From the human T2T-CHM13v2.0 reference genome, Homo sapiens, in NCBI RefSeq assembly GCF_009914755.1, contig NC_060928.1: a stretch of 64,000 nucleotides of DNA; one strand, 5' to 3'. The position numbers and the translations under genes were made by a program. The notes under the pieces were generated by a model that saw only the letters and a list, made by a program, of their open reading frames with translations, searched no databases and was not told where the DNA came from. Each line of letters starts with the position of its first letter. Position 1 is the first letter of the stretch. Positions 15,057-29,691 of this stretch are shown here, in pieces.

Positions 15057-15829
15057 GAGGCATACTTCAGAAATGTTGTGGGAGTGGTTCCAGACTACCA
15101 CAATAAAGTGAATATCACAAAGCTGTCAGATGAATTTTTTGGTTTTCCAGTGCATACAGAAGTTATGTTTACACTCTACTGTAGTCTGCTAAGTGCGCAA
15201 TAGCATTACCATCAGCAGTAAGGCTGTTCTGCTTTCTTATCATTCATCCGTTCACAGAAATGGGCTTTTAATTTTCTTCAGGAACTTTTCCTTTGCATTC
15301 ACAGCTTGGCTATTTGGCACAAGAGGTCTAGCTTTTGGCCTGTCTTAGCTTTAGCCATGCTTTTTTCACTAAGCTTAATCATTTCTAGTTTTCATCTAAA
15401 GTAACAGACATGGGAGGCCTCCTTTCACCTGAGCACTTAGAGGCCATTACAGGGTTATTAATTGGCCTAATTTCAGTATTGTGTCTCAAAGAATAGGTAG
15501 GTCTGAGGAGAGGGAAAGAGACCAATCAGGAATGGCCTTCATGAACTGCTTCATCTTATATTTGTGCAGTTTGTGGTGCCCCAAAACAGTTACAATAGTA
15601 ACACCAAAGAGATCACCGTAACAGAACAGATCACAGATCACCATAATAGATTAATAATGAAAACATTTGAAATAGTGGAAGAATTGGCAAAGTGTGACGC
15701 AGAGACATGAAGTGAGCACATGCTGTTGGAAAGTGGCACTGATAGTCTTGCTGTATGCGGTGTTGCAACAAACCTTCAATTTGTAAAAAATGAAATATCT
15801 ATGGAGTACAATAAAATGAGGTAAGCCTG
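15057..15829 (-). mobile_element. Internally deleted Tigger1 DNA transposon
   Basis: Both TIR-like ends present (aggcatacttc... / ...gaggtaagcctg) with Tigger1-like subterminal sequence. Confidence 0.8.
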
Positions 15830-15879
15830 TGTATTGCTTTTTCCTTGTGTTTCTCAAAGAAAACTATTTTGTCTTGCAG

Positions 15880-16009
15880 GACCTTATTTAATGAACTGAG
15901 GATTGTTGTTGAACACATAATAATGAAACCTGCTTGCCCACTGTTTGTGAGAAGACTTTGTCTCCAGAGCATTGCCTTTATAAGCAGATTGGCACCAACA
16001 GTTCCATAG
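15880..16009 (+). CDS. TMEM33: TMEM33 last coding exon (TLFNELRIVV...RLAPTVP*); ER/nuclear-envelope membrane protein, Pom33/Per33 family
   Basis: ttgcag| acceptor; TAG stop at 16007-16009. Confidence 0.95.
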
Positions 16010-17755
16010 TTTAACATCTAGTTAAGCTACAAATATAGTATAAGCATTATTAGCAGCTGGTACTTCTGCTAGGGGTTGTAAATTCCAGGTGTTACACTGA
16101 CCTCAATCCAATTTACATAATTTACATAAATGCATCTCGGTGGAAAAATAATCATTTTCTTGGCATGTTAAATCAAGCTTAAAAAGTTTTGAGAAAATTT
16201 TACTGTGCTGTGTTGCTAATGGTTAAAGAAGTCTGTATCTAGTGATAAATATACCAGTTTTTTTAAAAAGATGCTGTTGTGCCTATATCATGAAGTACAT
16301 TAATTTCTCATGTAAAAAAAATAGCTCTAAAATTTGTTTCAACCTAATTGGTAACCTGAGTTTATATCTGGCATGAATTCATTATGGTGATACACATATG
16401 TGAATTCAGTACATTTTGAGACAGTATTCTACCATTCAGTAATTTTGGTTAATGATTTTAACACTTCTCAGTGTATTTAATTTCAAATTGTTTTTTTAAT
16501 TGGTTTTATGCTGCTTTGTTAGGACAGATGTGTTTTGAATGTACCATTATAAGAAGAATTCTATGTATCTTAAACTATGATCTTCTAAAATTTTATTTCC
16601 GTAAGTACTTCTGTGGCCTTGAGTATTTTTTAAAAGGCTCAACTGTAAGCCTCTTAGCCAGTTGGATAAATATTTGGGGTCACCTAGCCATTGAAAGCAG
16701 AAAGCAGTAGTGACACAGCTTTCCCTTCAAAGAGCCATTGAGAAACATTTCTCAAACAGGAAATCCTTCTTTTACTAATGTGGACATATAGATTATTCGT
16801 ATTATAGTTTGTAGAACTACCTAGTTCAGAATCTTGACTGCCAGTTTTCTTGGTTTCTTAGGCTTGAATTTTCATAGACAATTGCAACAGTTTAGATGCC
16901 TTTTGAAAGGAATGTAATGAAGATTCAGCATCTGACTATATGTGTGTCTATCCTGAAATAATAATGGAGAGTATACTGTAGATTACATGTTTACCCATCA
17001 AATCTGACTTAAAAGGTTAAATGGAAGGTTTTATAGGTAAGGTAATTGATTGGGAATGGGGTAGGGGGAGGAGTTGTGGGGGAATAATGTGCATTTCAGT
17101 CTCAACGCATAGATAAATTTAGGGGAATTGGATGTATTATTCAACTTTGATTTGGGTTGTAAAATGTGTTAAATCCTGTTCATTGAACTCCCATCAACTC
17201 TTATAAAATTCATGCTGATCTTCATTACCGTTGCATGATTGGAAATGTTTAAAACATTGTACAGTTTTAGTATAGAGAAATGTAATGGTTTTTGTGACCA
17301 GTTTCTGTCTGCATGTAATTTGGATTTCTCAAATACATTCATTAGTAATTTATCAGTAACATTAGTTTTATTTTTGTTCATCTCCTTATCTATAAAAAGG
17401 GGATATTCTTAGGATAAATACATGAAAAATTATACTTGATAGCTTAACTATAATCAGCTATTTTTGTATTTTTGTAATATTTGTCCACTAAGCTGGAGAA
17501 GCAGCCTCATACAGTTGATTTTGTGTATGTGGCTAGTCTTATTGTCACTATGTAAGTAATCCAATGGTTTTAGAAACTAAACTTTCTAGAGCAATAAAAT
17601 GACTATAATGTTAAGTAAACATAATGTTGATTTCTAATTATGTTTTAAAAAATGAAGTCTTGAATTATATCAAGAAATTTTGGCAGCTGAAGTCATGTTT
17701 ATTTTGAAGCTGTTAGTTTTTTCCTATAATTTAAAAAGATCTTTTAGATTTATAG

Positions 17756-18110
<355 letters not shown>

Positions 18111-19797
18111 AAGAAGAGTTCTTTTGCATACCCTTTACTCAGGTCCTCTCATGTTAACGTTTTACATAACTGTAGAACATTTATCTAAAGTAAGATATTA
18201 GCCCAGAACAATACTACTAACTGAAGTATAAAACTTATTTGAATTTCAACAGTTTTTTTTTCATTTCTTATTTTCCTTTTGTGTGCTCTGTTTATACCAT
18301 GATCCATGATTTTTTTAAAATCATGATTGTCTTTTAAAGATCTGTGTGTCTCTGTTTTGAGTTTTTCCTGTTTATTTTGAAAAGTACTGTTGGTCAAGAT
18401 AATTGGTCAATAATCCATGTTGGTTTTAACAAAAAGCATTTTAACATTAAAAATATTACAGTATAAAATAACACTCTGTGCTTTAAATTGAGGTTTTATG
18501 TCATTTTAGCAGAATTATAATATTTCTGATATACTCATGTTTGACAAGTTGAAACAGATTTGTTTCTTAAAGGAAGGTTTAATATACAAAAAAAGGTAAT
18601 CTTAAACTTACGAAAAAGTAAATTTTACAATTTGAGCATTACTAGATGTTTAGTTTGCATGAACTCATAGTTAGAAATTCTGCAATAGGAATATCTACAA
18701 CCGGCTGATTTGGAATTTGAAATTATAGTGTTACATGTATACCTATCAAATTAAAATTAAGGAAATACAATAGCAATATATAGAATGAATGTAGTAACAG
18801 AAATTAACTCTTTACTGCATCATTGAACTTATTGTTAGTTACAGGTTTAAAAGAAGTTCATTTAACATCCAGTGTGTCTAATTCTTCTGGAAGTGGTGTA
18901 GTACCATTGTTCTTCTGGCATTTTTAAATATTAAACCTTTTTGGATAGATGGAAGCCTTATACAAAATCTACTTTATTTTAGCAAGGATTCTCTGTCCTT
19001 TTGTATAGTTGGTACCTTACTAATTTAAACTCTAATATCAATCTAAAGAGAAATTTATTATGCAATTTGTATTTAGGTTTTTTTTTTTTTTTTTTGGAAT
19101 GAAGTTCAGAGGTAGATCCTCCTGGAAGAAAGAAAGCAAGCGAACTTTTTAAAGAAAATTAGACTTGAATATTTAAGAATGTCCCTTACAGAGAAAAGGC
19201 CAACTATAATACTAAGCTAAAAGTTATGAAAAATTAATAGGTTCTTTTATAGAGCTAAGAATGATGAAACCATCAATACTTCCTTCTTCCTAAAAATCCA
19301 GATCAAAACTTCAGGTTAGGTTTCTAAGTTTAGGACATGAATATTATTTTTTTCTGGAAAAGAAGATGAGTATATGTGTAATAAGACAAGTAGAACTGAG
19401 AGATTTAGTTTTTTTTTTTTTTAAGTTTTAGTTCAGAATAACATTAATTTTGAGAGATTGAGGTAAAGAACCTTAACTAATGCTAAGGAGTTTATTTTGA
19501 TTAACATAGGTTATTCTGACCACCACCTCTTCCTTCCTTAATCTCCTTAGAATCTGACAGTCTCAAAGCTGTCACACAAATTAGACTAATTTTGACACTT
19601 TGAAATGAAAACTTCAAGGAAGAAGTAGCCACGGACAGTTATGTTTATAATCAGTAGGTGGCACTCTTTCCTCAGGTAGCCCCCCATTTTCACATGATGT
19701 GTTTGAAGGTTAAATGCCACCAAAAGTGCTGAGTCAGCTATAAAACTAAGTCCCTGAATTCCATGGCCCTTTTAAATATGTAATCATTCAAGATTGA

Positions 19798-20117
<320 letters not shown>

Positions 20118-20489
20118 TTGCATTTTTAAAATACTGAATTATTCAAAAGAAGTACCCTGTCAATATGTGCTTTCTAGGAAAACAGTAAAATAGGCCACAA
20201 TTTGGAGTGACACCATTCAGATCAAGGTCTATCCAGTTTTTTCTTTTCATGCTAAGTGCCTACATCACCGAAACACACTAATATAAAATTATCCTTTCTC
20301 CTTCATTTTCAGATGTGTAAAAAATGGTACTTAAAGTGTTTTCATGATCATTTTGTAGGTAGACTAGATATAGCCCGTTGAACCTCTTTTAAAATTTAGA
20401 CTTTTGATAGTAATATAAAAGCATATTGAAATTTGTAGATATTATATGAGGAATGGCACCTAGATTTGAAAATTATGCTTGGCTTGTAG

Positions 20490-20828
<339 letters not shown>

Positions 20829-23800
20829 GAGACAACTAGTTTCCCTTAACTCATTGGAATTCTCTAGGATTAGGAGAATTCCACAGAGCCTATATGATAT
20901 TATAGCTCAACATTTAGTATACCAAAGGCATACCCGTGTAAATCTAGGAGTTATTTCCAGAGATTGTTTTAAGGAGCAGTCTTATATTCAGGGTAGAAAG
21001 TTATGATTGGATCTGCTGTTAAGGAGAACAAAGGAGCTTCTAAAGGTTTGGGAGGTTTACTGGTAGTAACTATTCTAGGAAATATTTATGTTTTAAGGTG
21101 ATGTTCACATGGGTTCTTTAGAAGGAACATAGTCAAGTGTGATGGATTAACTCTATATAGTCTTTCTCCTCTTGTGCGTGTAGGAAATCTGACCTGCAGT
21201 GTCAGTTGATGTGACAAGAGATAAAGAAAGCACAGTATTTTAAAATCTAAAGCAGATTCCTTTCTTAGAAAACAATAGGAAAAAATTATAGATGGATGTC
21301 TTTGCTGAAATCTAACAATTAGCTCATATTCCATGAGAAAGAGTGGCCTAAGAATTATTTCATGTTACCTAGCCTTCTGAAGCTACTCACTTGATGTGCC
21401 TAGCACTTTGAAACTAACCTTTTCTTTCTTTGTTCATGACAGTTTAATTCCAAATATTTACTATTTTCTCTTGTAACTGTTAGAACAGTTCCTTTTGACA
21501 TTAATTTTTGCCTACATATATATTTTTAAGTTGAGACCAAATCGGTGAAGTGTTGAGCAAGTAACATTTATGATGTGTGTATATTGGAACAAATGTAAAA
21601 GGGTTACAAAGATTAGAAACAGAGTCATAAAAAATGGCTTGATTTATAAAGGCATTACTTTTGGTGCTTTATATAATGGCATATATTGAACTAAAAATTT
21701 GTATATACAGTATGTCAGCATTTCTTAGTAACTTCTCTTGAATCCATTTTTAATATCTAATATTGTACAGGTTGGGGAGTTACATTCTTCAGGCCAATAC
21801 TATCCAGACTATATAAATTTATAAAATAAATTGAAAAATTCATTCCCCTGTATTCAAGACCAAAGCACATAAATGCTAATGTAGGGCTCAGAGGGGAAAT
21901 ACAGTTCTCCTGCATATTTGAGAAAATGTGAAGTCCTTTCAAGAAAATCTAATAAACATAATAATCATAGCCTGCTGACACTAAGGAAAAAGGACCTCAT
22001 TCACTCTTTCTTTTATGCAGTGATTTACTGGTCCCTACTGATTTCCAAATTGGATCACGATAGTAAATTATCCATGCTGGTACCTGTGAAAGTAAGCCCT
22101 GGGATCCATATTTGTTTTGTGTTCTGCTTAAATCAGCAAGAATGATAAATTTGATGGTGTGAAATTGGAAGTATCAAGGGCTTTCTTTGGTGATTGAGGG
22201 AAATAATGTCTCTACTTGTAATTTATTGTGACCCTTTTTCACTGTATATGCTTTGTATGTCTAATATTTATTTCAATGCAAATTCAATTGTTCCTTCATC
22301 TGTATTGTTATATCTAAGATTTTATTGATGTTAAAATCTAATTGTGGAATAAAAATCTCTCTGGAATTTAGCAGATACAAAAATGTTATCTTGCAAAAGA
22401 ACTAAGAACATTTGTAGTTAGAAATCAGCTTTCCTTTGAGCTTAATTGCCTTTTTGTTAGAATAAGGTGAATTTGAACACACTCCTCTTATCCTCAGCCC
22501 ATCACAAATAATAGAGATGCCATGATTTTGAGGTCTGATGTGAAACTGGTAAAAATGTGATCTAAGGTGTAACTGGAAAAAAAAAGGAAAGAAAAATTAC
22601 ATTGATGCCTCAGCTGTTTGCTTGATTCTGTACTTTTTTTAATCTAGTGAAATTTATACTCTAGAGATGAGTTATAGCCCTATAATGATTCACAGCATAC
22701 AGTATATACAAAGTCATCAGTCAACGCAGGATAACAGAGAAATATATTTCTCTTATAGGTGTTTAGAATTTTCTGCCTCTTCTTGACAAGTGGCATTAAG
22801 CAATACACTGTACAAGGAAGTTAAATCCTTGTCCATTTGGAGATTGTAATCTAAGAGCATTATGGAAATCAGTTGTATAAAGGCAATTCTGACAGGTGAA
22901 TAAATATTAATTAGTAAATGAGTTATGTACATAAGGGGAAAAGTGGTAATGCAATAAGTAGAGTTAGGAAAATTGATTTCCTAAAGATTTAGTAGTGTGA
23001 GGTCTTAGGGACATATGCATTATTGATTCATAATGCTCTTTCCTTTAGCATATGGAAATATTTGGAGCTGTTTATGAAATAATTCTGAGCTTTGTGAAGG
23101 GAAAAATATTTCATTACTCAAGGCTGGTCGAATGGAGAAACTCCAAGAAAGTGGTGCACTGAGATCCCTGAGAATTATCAGTCTAAGCAGGTGATGTGTC
23201 AACAAAGATCTTTTAAAAGTGTATGTTATCATGGCAAATTTTGAACATGCACAAAAATAGAATAGTGTAATGAACCTCCATATTCTTATCTCCCAGCCCT
23301 CACAATCCTTGGCTATGGTCAAATGTGCCCTACCCTCATCCCTATTCACTTTCCTTTCTCCTGGTTTAAATCATTTCATGTTATTTTAAATGACTTAGTA
23401 AAATTTTAATTATGTATCTCTAACATATTAAGATGCTTTTTAAGATCAATATAAAACGTTAACGATAATTATCATAGGTCTTTTAGGTTGGATGACTGGA
23501 AATGATTAAGAGTAATGCCCTGATAGGAAAAAGGCTTACGTGATTTTATTGCAATATATTATGAAGGGAGGGGGAAATTCCAACATTTTTTAGTAAAGGG
23601 AAGACTTGTCTCCATATATTGTTGCCCTCAGGAAAATGCAGAGATAAACATCTCCCTCTTGGGGAAGTTATAGAAAGAGATGTTGCCATTCTACTCTTTA
23701 CTCTCTCCCTCCCAGTGGAGATCGTGTATCCAACTATTTTTCCCTGAAAACCTGAGTATATGGGATTTGGGTTGGTGCTGTCACCAGAAACAGAATAGGA

Positions 23801-24507
23801 GGCAGTTAAGTTCTGCAAAGGAAGGGAGTCCTGTTAACCAAAGAAGGGGGCGGGGGTAAGTTGGGGCTATGCCACTAAATTAAGACAAATTTAATATTAG
23901 TACCATTGTCTTCATTAAGTTGCCCTTAAAACAAATATTAATAAATATCAAGTAATTAGATTGTGAGTTTGTGAATTTAATCACAGATTTACTTTAAAAT
24001 TTTATATACTTTAAAAAAATAGTTTGTATCATTTTTTTAAATCCTACAAATTTGGAGCTTTACAACCATTATTGCCTAGTGTTCCAACAATAATAGACCA
24101 TTCCACTTAAGTAACAAACCAAGACTCTGAAGACACAGAAATAAAACTTGTAGTAATCCAGAATAAAATAGGTATTTCTTTTTTTTTGTCATTAATTTAT
24201 ACAAGATACAGTCATATACTTAGGTTTCTTTAAAATAATGGGTCTTGATACTATGAATTCATAGTATTGTGTTTGGCAGTTCAACTTAGTAATATCCAAA
24301 GCATGTAGTTCATCTTTTGAAGTGTTTAGAAATGGGCTTTAAAAACAAAAACAAAAACACTTTATCTGGATGGCTAAACTTCCTTTTTGGGCTCTTGTGC
24401 TATTGGGCTTATTTTGAATTAATTTTTTTAATGAACTTTATATTTTCCTGTCCTGAGGACAGTCCTTAATTTCAAAAGAAACATTTCTTGGAAAAATATT
24501 GAATCTG

Positions 24508-24645
24508 GACTTTGTGCATGGTGGTTGCACGCCTGTAATCCCAACTACTTGGGAGGCTGAGGTGGGAGAATCGCTTGAGCCCAGGAGTTTGAGACCAGCC
24601 TGGAAAACAGCAAGACCTCATCCCCTTTAAGAAACAAAAGAAAAA
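24508..24645 (+). mobile_element. FLAM / Alu monomer
   Basis: Single Alu arm with gagcccaggagtttgagaccagcctgg. Confidence 0.8.
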
Positions 24646-25090
24646 TATTGAAACCATTTCAAGGAAAATATTTTAATATGTGCTATTTTATATTTTTAGT
24701 TATGTTCTTAATTATATGGATATATTGCTGGGAATAAAAAAAATTTTTCAAAGTAAACATCCTAATAACCTACCAGAGGGGTTTTTGGTGGTGGTGTTTG
24801 CCTTTTAATATTATGGCAAAGTTATACGTAAGGAGACTTATTACAAGTCTATTTGGGTTTTTGTGTTCATTTTACTTATTCTGAAATGGTTTTTTGGCTG
24901 CTATAATGTTATACATACATACAGTAGTAGTATGCTTTCAGTAGCATCATGTTTTTAAATCTTTGCTATTAATATACTCAAATAACCTTAAAGCAGGTTT
25001 ATAAAATCATTCTTTGTTCATTTTCTACTTACTGGTAATTATCACATCCTTAAATTTTGAAACATTAGAATCTTACCTTAATTACAAGTA

Positions 25091-25109
25091 AACTGCCCCC
25101 TGGTGGCAA
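25091..25109 (-). promoter_or_regulatory. Predicted CTCF binding site
   Basis: Reverse strand reads ttgCCACCAGGGGGCAGtt, a full match to core CCASYAGRKGGCRS. Confidence 0.7.
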
Positions 25110-25282
25110 TTTTTCTGAAAAATAATTCTAGTGGCTCTCATTTTGCTTGTAACTAAAAAAATTGGGGGAAAAGGAAACAGGTTTTGACTGTTCCAGCTGG
25201 TTTTTACACTAACCTATCTAAGCAAGGTTCAAAAGGGCTTCTTGGTCATGATTTTAACCTTTTCATGCTATAAAAAAAAATA

Positions 25283-25616
<334 letters not shown>

Positions 25617-25815
25617 CTACTAGTTTTCAAGGTGCCTAAGTGAGCTAATAATTTTTTCCATTATATTTATGCAACAAGTAGAAGGACGTTTTAGGGTTTC
25701 AATTTAAGACTGAGAAACTAAAATTCCACTGAGAAGTCAGTGAATTTCTTATTGATAGTTGTGAAGGAAAGCTTTAGAATACAGTCCTCATTCAGATACT
25801 GTTCACTGAAGTGTG

Positions 25816-25816
<1 letters not shown>

Positions 25817-25853
<37 letters not shown>

Positions 25854-26123
25854 AGAGTCTCGCTCTGTCGCCAGACTGGAGTGCAGTGGTGTGATCTCAG
25901 CTCACTGCAACCTCTGCCTCCTGGGTTCGATTCTCCTGCCTCAGCCTCCCAAGTAGTTGGGACTACAGGCGTGCACCACCACGCCCAGCTAATTTTTGTA
26001 TTTTTACTAGAGATGGGGTTTCATCATGTTGGCCAAGATGATCTCGATCTCTCGACTTTGTGATCCACCTGCCTTGGCCTCCCAAAGTGCTGGGATTACA
26101 GGTGTGAGCCGCCGTGCCCAGCC
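25817..26123 (-). mobile_element. AluS
   Basis: Full dimer, TSD tgaagtgtgc. Confidence 0.9.
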
Positions 26124-26717
26124 ATTGAAGTGTGCATTTTTGTATGGTAAGTAACAGTGTCAGAAATGTGCCCATGAATGTTCTTTGGGTTGCCATCATA
26201 ATTTGGGCATTCACATGATTAGTTCTTTTTTAAAAATTTATAGAATTTGTGGAATACATTTGCTATTGGTACAGTCTCAGAAGAATGGTTTCAGATACTC
26301 TTAGATGTCTTTAGAGTTTTGAGCAAGGATAAGAGGAGATACTTAAGAGTTACTCTTGTAAATGAACATTTTTGACTATTAATGGGTCTCTTATAAATGG
26401 ATCTTTTATGTCATGCCAAGGGGAAAAGAAGTATTGCGTAATCCATATACCAAATATTCCATTTATTTTGCCTTGAAACAATACATTATTACAGATATCA
26501 GTAGAACTTAACACTGGTTAATTATTTTATTTCTAATAATTTTTAATTTATAGACTGTCTAGCCCATCTATATTTTCACTTTTTGGTTTCACCATTAAAT
26601 AGAGTATGCAAAAAGCCTTTTTGAAGAATACAAAAGAAGTTTGGGTTATCATAATTAACCACTTGGTAAATCTGGTTATAAATCACAGTACAAAGTCACA
26701 TAGACTCTTTTGAGGAA

Positions 26718-26924
26718 TTTTTTTTTTTTTTTTTCTTGAGACGGAGTCTCTCTCTGTCACCCGGCTGGAGTGCAGTGGCCACACCCGGCTAATTTTTTGT
26801 ATTCTTAATAGAGACGGGGTTTCACCATATTAGCCTGGATGGTCTCGCTCTCCTGACCTTGTGATCCGCCCGCCTCAGCCTCCCAAAGTGGTGCAATTAC
26901 AGGCGTGAGCCACCGCGCCCGGCC
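26718..26924 (-). mobile_element. Internally deleted Alu
   Basis: Right arm mostly missing; TSD ctctttttgaggaatttt intact. Confidence 0.85.
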
Positions 26925-27589
26925 TCTTTTGAGGAATTTTTAAAAAATGGTTGCTATTGAATATTGATCAGGCTTTTAAGAAAAAACAAATGGCCAAGAC
27001 CCCAAGTGTTCAAGTAGGTGATCACTATTACCTAAGGAAAATAAACACAGGATGATGTCACACACACATGAATTGATAATATTGGTAGTAGTGGGAAGAC
27101 TGAACTGAGCTGGAAAGTACATGGTTTGCCTAAAAGCATTCAGACTTTAAAAACGTGTGCTAATCGCACATTAGATCCAATTTAGCAGCCCAAGTGTTAA
27201 AACATTATCAAGGAGTTATAAATAATAGCATCAGGAGTGATGGCAGGAAGTCCTCAAATAGTGGTTCCAATCTGTGGACATTCTCTTAGTTTCTCTGGGC
27301 CTCGATTTTTTCATTTGTAGAATGTGGCTAGGAAAGGATTATTTGAGGTAGTGTATGTGAAAGTATTTGTATACTATAAAGATTTATATGAACCAACAGC
27401 TATATTTTACATTATGTTATGCTTCGCATTTTACCTTTGGAGATTCTGGGACTCTTGGAATTTAAAAGAACGTCCCCCAAGGCCATACTTGATGAGTTGG
27501 TATTGGCTAAAATTTGTGTGACCATATTTTAAGTCACCTTTCTGAGAAAAAATTCTTTGGATCTGTGTCACCAGTCGAATTACTTTACT

Positions 27590-27680
27590 CTCTTTTTCTT
27601 TTATTTCCATAGGTTTTGGGGGAACAGGTGATGTTTGGTTACATGAGTAAGTTCTTTAGTGATTTGTGAGATTTTGGGGC
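27590..27680 (-). mobile_element. L1PB-like 3' end fragment
   Basis: ggaacaggtgatgtttggttacatgagtaagttctttagt. Confidence 0.65.
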
Positions 27681-28028
27681 TTTTGCAAGGGACAAAAAGC
27701 AAAAGTGCTATTACTTAGCAAAATCAGATTCACTTCTGTAACTGTGAGAGCACTCTCCAGAAGTACATCTTCAAAATCAGGAAATGATTATAAGTCCTCT
27801 TCAAAACCATGCTCCTTCTAAACCCTCCCAAATGAATACATAAGAAGGATGCAAACACAGTCTATGAAATGCTCAAAACTAAATGTATCCGTAATGTTTA
27901 GAAAATACAGACCAGAATTACAATTCTGTTTTTATTAGGGATTATCCAGAAATTGGTAGAGACTTGATTTTTATCCTGAGGCACCTAGGAAGAAGCAGGG
28001 ATAAAACCATTATCATTGGAAGTCACTA

Positions 28029-29484
28029 CAGTCACACCTGAAGAACGACTTTCAGTCAACAATGGTGCATATATCATGGTGGTCCCAGAAAATTAAAATG
28101 GAGCTGAAAAATTCATATCTCCTAGAGGTGCCTTAGCTCTTCTAATGTTGCAGGGCAATGTATTGTGTTTGTGGTGATATTGGTATAAACATATCTACTG
28201 TGCTGCCAGTTGTATGGAAGTATAGCAGATACAGTTGTGTACATCAGGTAATACTTGAAAATGACAATAAACAACTATGTCACTGGTTTATGTTATCGGT
28301 TATTGTTAGAGTGTACACGTACTTAACAATAACAAAGTAACTGTGAAACAGCCTCCGGCAGTTTTTTCAGGAGGTATCCAGAAGAAGGCAGTGTTATCGT
28401 AGATGACAGCTCCATGCATGTTACCGCCCCTGAAGACCTTCCAGTGGAACCTGGAGGTAGAAGACAGTGATATTGATGATCCTAAACCTGTGTAGGCCTA
28501 AGCTAATGGGGTGTGTTTGTGCCTTCCTTTTTAATTTAAAAAGTTTAAAATGTTAACAAGAATTTAAAATAGAAAAAAGCTTATAGAATATGAGGATAAA
28601 AGGAAAGAAAATATTTTTGTATGTTTGTACAATGTGCTTGTGTTTTAAGCTAAGTGTTATTACAAAAGAGTTTAAAAAGTTGGCCGGGTACAATGGCTCA
28701 CACCTGTAATCCCAGCACTATGGGAGGCCAAGGCAGAGGGATCGCTTGAGCCCGGGATTTGGAAACCAGCCTGGGCAACATAGTGAAAACTCGTCGCTAC
28801 AAAAATTAAAACAAACAAACAAGCCAGGTGTTGTGGTGCACATTTGTAGTTTCAGCTCTCTGGAAGGCTGAGGTGGGAGTATTGCTTGAGCCCAGGAATT
28901 GGTGGTTGCAGTGAGCCATGATAACATCACTGCACTTCATCTTGGGCAACAGAGAGACACTGTCTTCGTGGGGGGGAAGAAAAGTCAAAAAGTTTTTAAA
29001 GTAAAAAAAGTTACAGAAAGCTACGGTTTATTATTGAAGGAAGAAAAGTTTAAAAATAAATTTAGTGTAGTCTAAATATATAGTATTTATGAAGTCTACA
29101 GTAGTATACAGATATGTCCTAGGCCTTCACATTCACTCACTACTCACTCACCCAGGGCAACTTCCAGTCCTACAAGCTCCATTCATGTTAAGTGCCCTAT
29201 ACAGGTCTACCCTTTTTAAAAAAAATCTTTTATACTGTATTTTTACTGTACTTTTTCTGTGTTTAGATACACAAATAACCATTGTGTTTCAATTGCCTAC
29301 AGTCTTCAGTAGAGTCACATGCTGTACAGCTTTGTAATCTGTGAGCAATAGGCTCTAGCCTATTTGTGTAGTACTCTATACCATCTAGGTTTGTGTAAGT
29401 ACACTATGATGTTTGCACAATGACTAAATCACCTAACGATGTATTTCTCAGAATGTAATCCTTCATTAAGCGATGTATGACTAT
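28029..29484 (+). mobile_element. Tigger3b (MER7B)-like DNA transposon interrupted by an AluJ
   Basis: ta|cagtca... and ...atgacta termini; ggtggtcccagaaaattaaaatggagctgaaaaattc hallmark; orientation relative to consensus uncertain. Confidence 0.8.
28682..28967 (+). mobile_element. AluJ nested in Tigger3b
   Basis: AluJ-type dimer. Confidence 0.85.
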
Positions 29485-29691
29485 ATAATGTGACCAGTCT
29501 CTAGGGCTCTGAAGTATGACAGACCTGGTTGCCATCACTTTGTAGCTGTGTGACCTGTTTTTCCTCTGTAAAATGGGAATAACAATACCCCATACTTTGT
29601 GAAATGGTAAAATGAGCTGAAACATATAGTGTTTAGCATAGTATTTCACATAATGCTCAGTAATTTTGGCTGTCATCATCATCATCATCAA

